A stretch of 64,000 nucleotides of DNA, taken from positions 8,639,352 to 8,703,351 of the forward strand of contig MU053934.1 of NCBI GenBank assembly GCA_013239625.1. The letters run 5' to 3'. A model generated the notes under the pieces. That model saw nothing but the letters and a program-made list of their open reading frames with translations. It had not been told where the DNA came from and made no database searches. Source of the stretch: Lama guanicoe. Taxonomy: Eukaryota. Below, piece by piece: positions 12,372-24,250 of the stretch. The number at the start of each line of letters is the position of its first letter. The first letter of the stretch is position 1. The translations under genes and the position numbers were made by a program.

Positions 12372-15300
12372 NGGGGGGGGGGGGGGGACCAGTCACAACT
12401 CCCCGCCAGTCCCCTCCGCCGGGCCCTGCAGGCGCTAGTTCCCCGAGGGGGAGGTACCGCCCTCCTGCCCAGCTCTGGCTGTGGGCATGTCCCAGGTCAC
12501 GGGAGAGGGGTGCTCCTGGATGGGGGCCCCTGGCTGGACGCTGCCCCATCCCCACTGAAGGGGCCTCTTAGGGAGGAGGCCAGCCTCTCAGCGGTGAGGC
12601 AGGATGGGTGAGGCGGTGTGGCACACAGAGGACCCAGGGGCTGGGGCTGCAGCCTCACTTGGATGCTGGAAAGACCCTGGGGCTAGTTTCCCTTCCTGTC
12701 TGACCTCTGGAATGATGTAGCAAAATCTGGTACCGAAGGGCATGGGCTGGTCTCCAGGGCTGCAGGGGAGGAGGCACCACAGGGACCGCTCCCTCTCCCC
12801 GGGGTCTGGGGCGAGAGGAAGGCGTGGAGTGGTGGTGCCCACCCTTCCTGGTCCCCTGGTCCCCATGGACTGCCTGTCCCACTCACCTCGTGCTCCCCGC
12901 TATCTGCGACTCGGGAGCCGTTGTGTCTGCCCCTTGGCAGGAGGCCCCAGAGCTGCTCCCTGGGCCCTCGGATGCAGGGGCACGCATCATCAAAACAGAT
13001 CCCAGTGAGGGTGAAATGCAACCTACAGGCGTGTTAAACGGGCTCTCCCCCACCGACCCCGGACCTCCATAAAACAGTCATTTAGGGGATCTAATTTCCA
13101 CATGGGGTCGGCTGACACACACTCCCACTGGCCCCAGCCTCATCATCCTGCCACCTCCAATGCCCCAGAATCTAATTTAGGGGACACACATCTGCATGGC
13201 TCCATGGGGTGCCCGCCACAGCCCGGTCCCTCTCCCCTGTTGGGAGAGGCCCCCTGCAGTGAGCCTCATGTGGGCAGTAGTGGGGAGGGGCTCGCCCCAA
13301 CCCCCGGAGGCAACTGGGGGGGTTTCGACAAACGTCTACACCCAAGTAACCACCACCCAGACCAAGATACGGGCCCTGGAGGCTCCTGGGAGCCCCACAA
13401 AGGACGGTCTGGCTGGGGGAGCAAGGTCCTGCCCTTGGCAACCAGCTCCTGATTCGATTTACCGACCCGGCAACTGATAGGGAAACAGGATTAAATCCCC
13501 ACTACTTAATCCGCTGGCACTAATTAGACTCAGCATGTTTACTGACCAGCTACCCTGTGCCAGGCCCTGTGTGGACAGAAGTAAGCAAGGCAAGGGTGCC
13601 GCCCTGTCTGTGGGTGACAGGCTCCAAGCCAGCGCAGGTCCAGGATGTCAGCCAGGATCTGACACTTCCCAACCAGCAGGGACCTGGTGGATGGAGGTCC
13701 CACCATCAGGGAAGGGGCGTGGGGGTGTTTGACGTACACAAGGCACCTCTGCGTCGAGGTGGCTTCCACAGTTCTAAGGGATGAGTTCAGGGTCCCAACG
13801 TGCAGATGAGGGAAGTGCAGGGAGATGAAGTGACCTGCCCCAGGCGAGTGGCTGGTGAGACATGCGTGGGAGGGGACTCTGAGGGGGACTGTGGCCCTCA
13901 GGTTTTAAGTGGACAGTCCTTCCCCCACCCCGCCCCCACCCTCCCTTCTCTCCCCTCCTCCACCTGGTCCTGCAGGATGAGACCAGGCCACAGGGAGGAA
14001 GGGACGACTCACAGAGGGCTCAGGGACCCTGGGGGGCTCGGCACACAGCTCAGACACACAGGGGACCACACTTGGTGGCAGCACTTTGGGAACTGGGAAA
14101 TGATGCTGATGGTGGATCCCAGGGGTCACTCTTCTGCATGTGGCCCTGGGCGGTGGGAACCACACTGAGCTCGGGGAGGGGGAGGCGGGAGGACCTGGTG
14201 AAACAACCCCGGTGGTGCCTCCAGGAGTGACTCCGACCGGCACCCTCACCTCCTGACTCAATTTCCCCATGTCTGTGATGGGGCCATCAGCACCTAGGGG
14301 AGGCGGCAGACAGGCCACTAGACAATACCTTCGGAACTTGGCAGTGAGACAACCCAGGCCAAGGGCAGGGAGCGTGGTGGGGGCGGCAGGAGCAATGACC
14401 ACAGAGTGCCCTGTGCGGCAGGCGCCAGCCGGCACCCCCAGTCTGCGGGGGAGAAAGCCCCCGCCTGATCCTCCGTCTTTCCCCAGCAGACTGCTGGGGG
14501 CCAGACCCTCCTTAGGCGGAGCAAGGACCAAGGGCTCGCCTCTGGGCCGCTTCCTGGTCTTGCTGAGATCTGCGTGGAGCAAAGGCGAGGGGACACGGGC
14601 AAGGCTGGCGGGAGCAGATACCGTGTGGACACTGGCCGACTCCCACCAGAACCCGCCTCTGGCCTCCCCACATCCAGAGGTTGACCCTCTGCATGGGGGA
14701 GGCCGGGGTAGATCTGCCAGGTGGCCACAGACATGGGGTCACATGATGGGAGACACTGCATGGCTGTCCTCCCTCTCAGCGAGCTTAACTGGGGCCAGAG
14801 GCCCTACTACTGCCAAGTCCCCCCCAGGCATGGCCTAACACAGCCTGGCCTAAAGGACATTCCCCAGAGCATGGGTGTCCCCTGCAACCCTGTAAGCAAC
14901 ACAAGGGGGCCAAAGCCACCCCCAAGCACACCTGTGCCAGACAGACGCCAAGGCACAATGAGCTTTCCTGAACGGCTCCTTACTTCACTCCCAGGTGAAT
15001 AGTTGGGCAGACTTTTCGGGACCTTTCCTCTGATTCACCTTGGCCAGGCAAGTCCCCAGGGATGGTGGTCTGTAAATACCATCCCCAGGCCAGTCCGTAG
15101 TTAGTAGTGATGAGTATGAAATTGAGCCAGAAGACGGTGGGGGAGAATCTCTTCACACTTCCGCGCCTTTGCACGCACACAGGTACCAGTGCACACACAC
15201 GGACGTGCGCACACTGCCCCCTGCCTGGAACACCCTTCCGTTTCTGTGCTGGGCCACCAGCCCTCCCTGGACCTCACTCAGTAAAGCAGTGATGCTCCCC

Positions 15301-15994
15301 AAGCCCAGGGCTGCTGAAGGAAGCGCTGGCTGCCTGGCCCCCAGGGACTCACTGGCTGGGCGGTGGGCGGGGCACCAAGACCCTCCCCCAGCTTCAGACT
15401 GGAGCACATGACCCAACCTGGCCAATCACAGCACTGGATTATCTGGGACCTATTACTGGTCTAGTGGGCGGGCATATGACCCAGTGGAGCCAATCAGAAT
15501 CCTTCCCTGGGGCTGAGTCTCCAACAGGGAGAAAGATGCTGTCCTGCCAGGGATCCTTGCTCAGGAACTGGAGGTTGTCCCCTGACCCTGGGGCCCCGGA
15601 AGATCACCACTGGGCTGGTTCACACTGATGACGGCCCAGGGTGTCACCCTCACCTCGTGAGTAAAGGGGAGGGCACAGAGTGGGAGCCCCATACTTGTGG
15701 CTCTCTGCTTTGGGGGTGAAGGCAGCGCCTGCTTCGCCCATGGGGAAACCCCTGGGGCCTCTGAAATCTTGACACCTGGTTAAACACACACCTGCATACA
15801 ATGTAAGTACCTACTCTGAGTCAAGGAAAACAGCAGAGCCTTCAAACTGCCACTCCAGCCAAATGCCCACATGTGCAAGAGCTGCCCGTGGTGGTCCCAA
15901 GGAGTCGTGGGGGTCTGTCCACTGTCACCTCCACCATCACGTCCGCCCCAACGTGCTCCCTGGGAGGCCAGCCAGGAACTGCAGGAAAGCAGCC

Positions 15995-16340
15995 CAGAGT
16001 CCTGGAGTCAAATCCTGGCCCTGCCACCGATGGGCTGTAAGACCCTGCACAGTCATCACACTCCCTGAGCCTCAGTTTTCCTCATCTGTAAAACAGGGAC
16101 AATTAACATGCATGCAGATTGGCTGTGATGGTTAAAAGAGGAGTGTGTGGCACGCACCTGGAGCTTAGGAGTCCCCGAAAAAGCTGCACAGAGGTAGGAC
16201 AACGTGGCCTCAGGCAGCCGTGCCTTTGATTAGGCTACCTACCCTCCCCGAGCCTCCGTTTCGTCATCTCTAAAATGGGGATGCAGATGTCATCTTCCTA
16301 GAGTGGTGAAGAATCAGAGATTAGGAAGGTAAGGTGTTCA
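15995..16340 (+). mobile_element. MIR SINE fragments
   Basis: MIR core ctgagcctcagttttcctcatctgtaaaa and a second copy gagcctccgtttcgtcatctctaaaatgggg. Confidence 0.7.
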
Positions 16341-17174
16341 GCTGCCCCGTCTCTGCCCTCCTCCAGGAACCCCAGGCCTTGAGCAGAGCCTGCGAGCTGG
16401 GCCCAGTGACCTGCTGAGCTGTGCTCTGCGTGCAGACGGTGTCCCCCGGGGGACACTCAACACTCTGTCCTCTCTGCTGGGGTAGTTTTAGAAGGAACAG
16501 TATTTCTGATGGAAATGAATAAAGTGTTGAAAACAAGCTTTAGACTTTGAGCTGAATGTCCTGGGGCGGGGTGGGGAGGGACAAACCCTCACAGGCTAAA
16601 TGTAGCCAAAATCGCCTCCCAGGAGAGGAGGCACTGCCGCCTTCTCTCCCGAAATGAGTGCGGGGGCCATGGCAATGCACGGGGTCCTGCTCCAATACCC
16701 CCGCCTCCAGGTGGCCCCGGAGGGCTCCTCCCAGCAGTGTCGAACAGGGGAAGGGTGGTGCTGGGCGGTGGAGGCAGGGGCCGGGGAAGCCACTAGCAGC
16801 CAGACCAGTTCACATCGGCTCCTGGCAGAGGCCTTTGTGAGCTCACGCTCGCCCCTTGACCTGGCAGAAATGCCGGCCCCTGGCCTGCAGCCCCCATCTC
16901 ACTGTAAATGCCCCCACTCCCAAACCCCTCTCCTCTGAGCTCCAGGCCCGCACAGGACAACCCCTCCACCGGACGCCTCCCCTTCCTCTCAAGCCAGCTC
17001 CTCTTCCTGGGTCCCTCATGACAGGGAGGGGGTCCCACCACTGCCACCCTGTGCCCGTGTCACGCCTGGGCTCAGGCCGGCCCCTCTTTCCATCACGGAA
17101 GCCTTCTCCGACACCCCTGGCCAGGTGGGAGCCTGGGCCTCACGAACCGCGGGGGTAGGAGAGACGACACGACA

Positions 17175-17700
17175 CTTCAAAAAAGAGTTTGGTGTTTCCT
17201 ACAAATTAAACACAGCCTGTGCGCTAGGACCTGGCAACTTCTCTCCTAGGTACTGACATAGAGGAATGAAAATGTGTCCTCAGAACTGCATGCCCACGAA
17301 TGTCCGGAGCAGCCTTATTCATTATCGCCCCAAAGTGGAAAAACCCAAGCGTCCGTCAGCTGGAGAGTGGACAGCCATGGTGACACATCCGGGCCATGTG
17401 ACGAACAGAGCAGAGGGCGAGGCGGGCCCACCAGCAGCAGGGAGGAGCCTCGAGCGAACGCAGGGGGCCAGGAAGGCCACTTACTGATCGGTCCCACTGA
17501 CACGAAGCTCATGGAAGCGAGGAAGGTGGGAGGAGTGATGGGACAGGGCACAAGGGCCCCTCCCTCCTGGGGGGATGGGAATGCTCTGTCTTCACGGGGG
17601 GGGGTAAGTCACTTGGTGTGTACAACTGTCAAAACTCATCAAACAGTAAAGACGTGTGAATTTCAATGTATGTAAATTATATTGCAAAGAGAAAAAATTA
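17175..17700 (+). mobile_element. Ancient L1 (L1MC/ME-type) 3' fragment
   Basis: Diverged L1 3' motifs (agcagccttattcattat...ggaaaaacccaag; gtcaaaactcatcaaac...gtatgtaaattata). Confidence 0.6.
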
Positions 17701-20700
17701 TGTATTTAAGAAAACAGCAAGAGCTGCAGCTCCAGCCCCCACGGGAAGAAAGGAAAACGGGGGCGGGGGGCTGCTGGAGGGGCGCGGGCTGGAGTGCAGC
17801 CCCACGGCCCCCGGGGGAGGACGAGGGTCACCACCCACCCCCGCCACCTCCTGGCAGCCTCACAGCCCCCGTGCTGCGTGCAGACTGGAATCAAGTCCTA
17901 GGCACGTCAACCAGGGCCTGAGGAGCAAGGCGCCATCTCCAGGAGGGGACCGGGGACCCGGGAGTGGATCAGGAGCAGGTGTGGTTTCTGGGTGGCGCTG
18001 AGACAGCGCTGGAATCGACATGGGCCGTTTATGGAGATAAAACACACACTGGCCTCACGATCATAGACAGGACTTCACTGTCCTGTTACCGACTTCTGTT
18101 CTCATCCCTCTGATGAGCACCTGAAACTGCAGAGAAGGGGTGGTGGGTTCGGGGCTGAGAGGGATAGAGGACGTCCCCAGACTGCACTCCGGCTCCCGGC
18201 GGGCACACGTGTGCTGGCAGCACTGGCAGTGGAGGAACAGCCCAGAGACGCGAGGTGGACCAGAGGCAGCGCAAGAGGAGGCAGGGAGGCCAGGGAGGAG
18301 GAGCAGTGGCCCCAGGGGGACATGCGACATGGGGACAAGGCGTGGAGACCAGGGAGCCCAGGAGGGGGGTTTTAAGCAGGAGGGTGACAGGAGTCATGAA
18401 AAATCCCAGGCAGAGCCCGGAGTTCGGTGGTGGGGACACAGACACGAAAGGGGTGTCGCCCCTGCCCTCAGGAAACTCACTACCAGGGGCTGGGGGGTAG
18501 AGCGCGTGGACAAGCCTCTGCCGCTCTGAGCCTCAGTGTCCCCACCTGTAAAAGGGAACAGTCACGGGAAACCACAGAGACGCCTGAAACACCGCCGACC
18601 TCCACCAGGCACCGTGTGGTTAGATGGTGAGGAAATGATTCACGCCTCCCCGTGGCAAGAGGGCCTGATCTGCGGCCGGGCTCCAGGCAGGCCTGCTTCC
18701 ACCCCTCCAGTCCACTCGATTATTCCCAACATGAAACCCGGCCCTTAAATTCCGCTGCGAGTTCTAATTATCAGCATTAGCATTGCTGATCTTCCGCCCG
18801 CCCGCTGCGAGCGGCTTCAGAGGCACTGTGGTCCAGCACTGCATCCTTGTGTTAATAAGCTGGAATAAATGAGGCCGCGCTGAGCAGTGGGGCCCACAGG
18901 ATGGAGGAACATTTTAATTTCAGATTTGGGGTCTCAAGTTATGAGGGACAACCAGAGGGAGGAGCAGGCCCCACCCCTGGGGGCCGGAGCAGGAGGCCGA
19001 GACGTGGCCCGGGTCAGTCGGGGTGCTGGAGGACGGACGGCGCGGACGGGCCTGGGCTGCCGGGCTGGGCCCTTGAGGGAGGGGGACTTTCTGTTCAAGC
19101 TGCACAGATGCGTGGGCCCCTCATGCCATCCCCACCTGGCCCTGTTCCTGCACACACCCGGGGGCTGGGACAAAGTAGGGCACAGCTTAGAGGGAGCCCG
19201 TCTCATCAGCCTTCACTGAGGGGGGAAAAGAAGGGTCACTCTCAGCCACGACCCCAGCCCTCGGCCCCTCCGAATGCACCCGCACCTGTCCCTGGCGTAG
19301 CCTGGATGCCCTGGGGTCCCCCAAATGCTGAGGGTAAAAACAATGAAGCAGCAGCACTCAGGAAGGAGAATCAGGAGGCCACGGAGGGAACAGACACCAA
19401 CAGCCAAACCGCACGCAGGGCCTGGGACACCTGCTCCCCGAACCGCCCCGCTGGGCAGAGGCAGCGGCAGATGCACGGGGGCTCCCTGCCCTCAGGGGTC
19501 ATGGGCCTCCCCCCTCCCCCAACTGGGACCTCCCCCTCCCACCCAGGCTGGGGGTGGGCTGGCCAAACCGGGGCCCACATCCTCGCCTGCATCCTCCAGT
19601 GAGGTGGACTCGTGGTCCACTGTGCACAGGAGCAGACAGACACGCACAGGGGAGGTATCCGCCTGACCTGGGGACCGGCCAGCTTACTGTCATTCATGGA
19701 ATTTAATTTTGTGTTAGTATGTCAACTTCTGAACATTCCAGCTTGTTCCGACTTTTAAAGGCTCAATAAATATTCGTTGAATGAGTAGAGGGATTAGAGA
19801 ATAATGGCAACTTTGGCCCTTACTGAGGCCCTGCCACATGCCACACAGTCATGATTGTATTTACTCCTTCCACCCAGGAGGACACAAAGGGCCAGGAGGC
19901 TCAGTGACCTGCCCAAGGTCACTCGGCTTTGAGCCCGTGATCCACGCGGGGGGAATCCCAGAGACCCTGGGGAGGAGTGCACCAGGGCACCGCCAGGCCC
20001 CCTCCCAGTGTCCCCAGGTGCCAGGCCTCCCTGCAAGCTGGGCAGTGCTGGGCTCCTGGGGGCCAGGCGTGGTGGTAACCCCAGTCGGCCATGGAGCTGG
20101 CCTTTGGGGGGCCATCTGCCCGGGTAGGTCAGGGCAGCCTGCCCCTTTGTGCCTCAGGTCCTGCACCCACAGCCTCTCTCCTCCTCTTCTCCAGCAGGTC
20201 TGGCTTCATCTCATCTCGGTCAGAACAGCAATGGGCACAGGAGATGAAGGCAGAAAGACCAGAGGACTACAGACCCCACGGAAGCTGAGGACGCCCCGAT
20301 TCTCTGACCATGTGGTAGACGCGGGGTGCAAAGTGGTGAAACGGGCAACTCCGTCATCCACACAAACAGGGGCCCAGAGGGCTCAGCCTCGACTCTCACA
20401 GCCCGTGCCTCAAAGGCCCGCACTGCACACCTACTGTGTGCCAGGCACAGGGCTGCGGGCGGGCCTTTGGTCCCGCGGATGGTGACTGACAAAGCTGAGG
20501 GCAGTGGGGGCCACACCGGAGTAACGTGGGGTGGGGAGGCCCCGTCCAGCCTTTGGAGCTGCATTCACTCCTCCGTTGGTTCCCTCCTCCCTCTCTTCAT
20601 TCTGTATTTTATTCCAGGCATGAATCTGAGGCAGCCTGTCCTCCAGGGGTTCCCAGTTGTGGGGACAGACCTCCTGCCCTGTTTGTGGGGGCAGAGGGAG

Positions 20701-23700
20701 TAGGTCACCCGCCCAGAGGAGGGGACAGTGAGCCAGGCCACGAAACAAGGCAGCACGGCGCAGGCAAAGGTCTGGCAAGGAGGAGCGGGGCCCTGGGAGG
20801 CCAGACTCAGGACCCGCATTTGTGCCGAGTGTTCATTCCTCTCTCCCAGCCAGACCCAGGGAAGAGGCAGACACTCCTCTGAAACCTGGCCCCGGGGGCT
20901 GGTGACACTGAGCCAGGCCCCCGGATGGTGTGCGCTCCAAACCCTGCCTGCCAACCAGCGAGCGGACCCGACGCTTGGCCAGGCTGCTGACTCTGGACCC
21001 CCGTCGATGGATGGGGGTGAGGACACCAGGCTTTTAAGTGGGATGTCCACGTGGGGAGTGTGTCCTCAGGGCAGCAGAGCAGGAAACAGGCAGGGCTCCT
21101 GAGAGCGAGTGAATGAATGAGGGGCTTAGGGGACAGTATTCGCTATAGAAATAAAGTCACGGATGTGGAAAGAAGGACGCAGGGAAAGGGAGCGTCGGGT
21201 TTGGGGTCAGCAGAGTGCTTCCCCGGTGCTCACTCGCTCCGCCCTGTCGCACGTCCGCCTCTCTGAACCTCGGTTTCCTCCTCTGTCAGCTGGAGAGATG
21301 TCTGCCTCCTGGGGTCACACAGGTATCTGCACGGAGGGCTGACGGTGCACCCAGAAGGTGCTTTGACCTCCCCCGCCACCTTAACTCCCTGTAAGCTGCT
21401 GGCGACGCCGCCTCAGTGACATGAGGAGGGGAAAGCCCTCTGCGAGTGTGAGGAGCTGCGGGAGCAGGTTCCAATCAAGCTCGGTTCACGGGTAGCTCAC
21501 GTCACGTTGCTCCTGCACCTCAGGAGGCCCCACCTCCCCAGGAAGGCCTGGTGCTCACGGGAGCCAGGAGGAAGCGGCGGGTGAGCCGGGGTCTGCCCAG
21601 GCTCCCCTACACCCCCTCCCCTGAGAAATGGGGCAACTTTGCTCCGGCCAATGACATGAGGCCCGGTGCTTCCCACGCAGACACACGCCTGGATCTGCGC
21701 CCCTTCCAGCCCCGAGTGGGAACCCGGAGCTTCCGAGTGTCCTGCTCCGTAAGCGCCTGTGGGCCGGTTCCCAGGCCAGCGGCCGGCAGCCTGGCCCATT
21801 GCCCCGGCCCCCGGTCTCTGCTCTGCTCAGGTCTCCTGCACTGGGTTCAGGGCAAAGCACCTCCAGGAGGGCTGGAGTGGGGGGACAGGCAGTGATGGGG
21901 CTCCTGGCAGCCCCTTGTCTTCTGCCACCTGACCAGGCTCCCCCCAGATACTGGTGGCAGGATGGGGGGTTGTAAGGGGCCCTGCTTACCTCGCCCTTGG
22001 CAGGCAGCTGTGGGCAAGCACACGGGGGTGACAGCTGGGACACACCTGAATCTTGGGGCTCCAAGAGGGCTGGCGTTCAGGTGGGACCGGCGCTCTCCCA
22101 GTCCCGGCAGCGAACGGAGAAGACGCTGTAACCCGCACCGGAATCACAGGGCTGTGCCTTCCGCCCGGATCGCTCTTCCCTCTCCCCCAGCCTGCGTCAC
22201 CTGTTTATTCATTCCGCGAGGCGGTGGGCTTGGAGTCTTGGGGACACTGCAAACTCCCAGGGCCCACCTTGTCAGCCCTCAGAGGAGCTGAATAGTGGGT
22301 ACTCGGTCTCCTGACCCAGCTCCTCACCATTCTGGAGACCCTAGGGTTTTTCTCCAGCCGCCCAAGGAGGGTGGGGGTGGGTGGGTTGGATGCCAGGAGC
22401 CCCCATTCCAGGCCTGGCTGCGGCCCTGAGCTAGTGCACACTGGGGCCAGAGAAGACTGCCCCCACAGCCACCTCCGCGGGGACACCGCGGACGACTGCT
22501 AGGGGCATCTGCACCCTGGGACAGGTGGCACTTGCCAGTCAGGCTGCGGTTCTCTAGTTTGTTTTGTTTTAAGCAGAAGTCCCACCAATTCGAAACATCA
22601 AACTGGACACTGTAATGTGCAGCGGCTCCACCTCTGAAGTGCCCGTGGGCCCCTCCCCATCGCCCCCAAGTCTTCCGCAGAGCCGACCCGACGCAGGCGC
22701 CACTGGGCTTTCGTGATGTGATCGCTTCGCATTTTCCCGTGTTCCCTTTCGTTTTGTTTTTCCTGCTTTAATTTATTAATTAGTCTCTCCGCTCACAACA
22801 TAATCCCAGCCCCAGAGGATCTTTTAACACAGCCAACACCTCTGAACGTTTCCTCTTCCAGTGCGTCGTGGAGGGGAGTGGAGCGGGGGCTTCCTGCTAT
22901 GATGGAGACTCCCCAGGGGAGCCCCCCGCCCTCCTCCTGAGACCACAGCTTCCAGCTGTGTGGGTTTGGCTGCAAGGGTTATGCTAAGACTTTGCTGTAT
23001 TTAATTTGGACTGAAGATGCCCCTTCCCCCGTCAGCTGGGGCTCCCCACAGAGCCTCCCCTCCCCATCGGTCCTCCCGGGAGTCAGGCCGGGTCCTCCAG
23101 CTTCAGCCCCTCCAACCAGGCTCTTCTTAAGGAGCCTCCCAGCTGAGGACCCCACCCCAGGGGGGGTGTGAGCCACCGAGGGCTCGGCCCTGAAAGGGCC
23201 CACGTTTATGCCGGGCGATGTGGGGAGCCACACAGCCAAGGCTGTTTAAACCCGTGCCGTCGAGGCCTCCTTGTCCGAATGCACCGGCCAGTATAGTTCC
23301 TTTCTCTTTTCAAAGCCCCTCAGAAAGAAATTCCATAAGCACCCAGCGCTCGTTCAGTGCTTCCCCGCCCCCGAAATAATCCACAGCCGCCAGGGCACAT
23401 CAGCCCCTCCCTCCCCTGGGCCTGAACACCCTCACCTCAGAGGTGCCGGTGACTTTGCGAGCCCCTCCCGTGTGCGAGCGGCTCCTCTCCCTTAACCCTG
23501 AGCCCCGCACATGCAGGGATCTTACCAATTCTTTTCTCTCATCCTGGGAAGACACTAAAAACAGCTGCAGTGAATGAAGCTGCCCCACTCCCCCAGCCGA
23601 GCTTCTGTGACCGGGCGCATCATGACAACCCAGCCAACCTGAGCCACCTGGGATGTATTTGTGTGTTAGGTCCTGCCCGACTTCCCCACCTTCCATCCCG

Positions 23701-23904
23701 TCTCACCTGCTCCTCCGTGTGGCCTCTCGGGCCACTCAGGGCTACAGGTGAACTGAGAAACCAACACTTCACCAGAAGTAACATCCCTCCCCGCATCAAG
23801 TTCATTGAGTTTACCCCGTCAGATTCAAGCCCTCCCACACCGCACCTGCAGGACACACCTGGGAGACGGGAACCTGGAACCTCATTCTGCTCCTCTGTCT
23901 TTAA

Positions 23905-24250
23905 CAAGGGGGTCCCAGATCCTTGGGAGGCCACCAGGCTCCTATGGCCCACAGGTCAAATCAGGCCCATTGCCCATTTTTGTAACGCCCACCAACCAGG
24001 ATTTTTTAAATGGTCTGTGGAGGAGAATCAAATAAAGGTTAATACTTTGTGTCATGTGGAAATTACATGAAATTCACACATCAGTGTCCACAAGTAAAGT
24101 TGTATTGGAACATGGCCGCACAGGTTCCCTCTGTGTTGTCCACACTGCCCTGCAGCGGCAGAGCTGAGTCGTCGTGACAGGGGCCCTGTGGCCCATCAAG
24201 CTAAGCAGATGCCCTGTCTGGCCCTTTCCAGGAAGTCTGGCGACCCCCCA
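23905..24250 (+). mobile_element. MER58-like hAT-Charlie DNA transposon
   Basis: tatggcccacaggtcaaatcaggccc...aaagttgtattggaaca...tctggccctttccaggaagtctggcgacccc matches the recalled MER58 layout. Confidence 0.7.
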
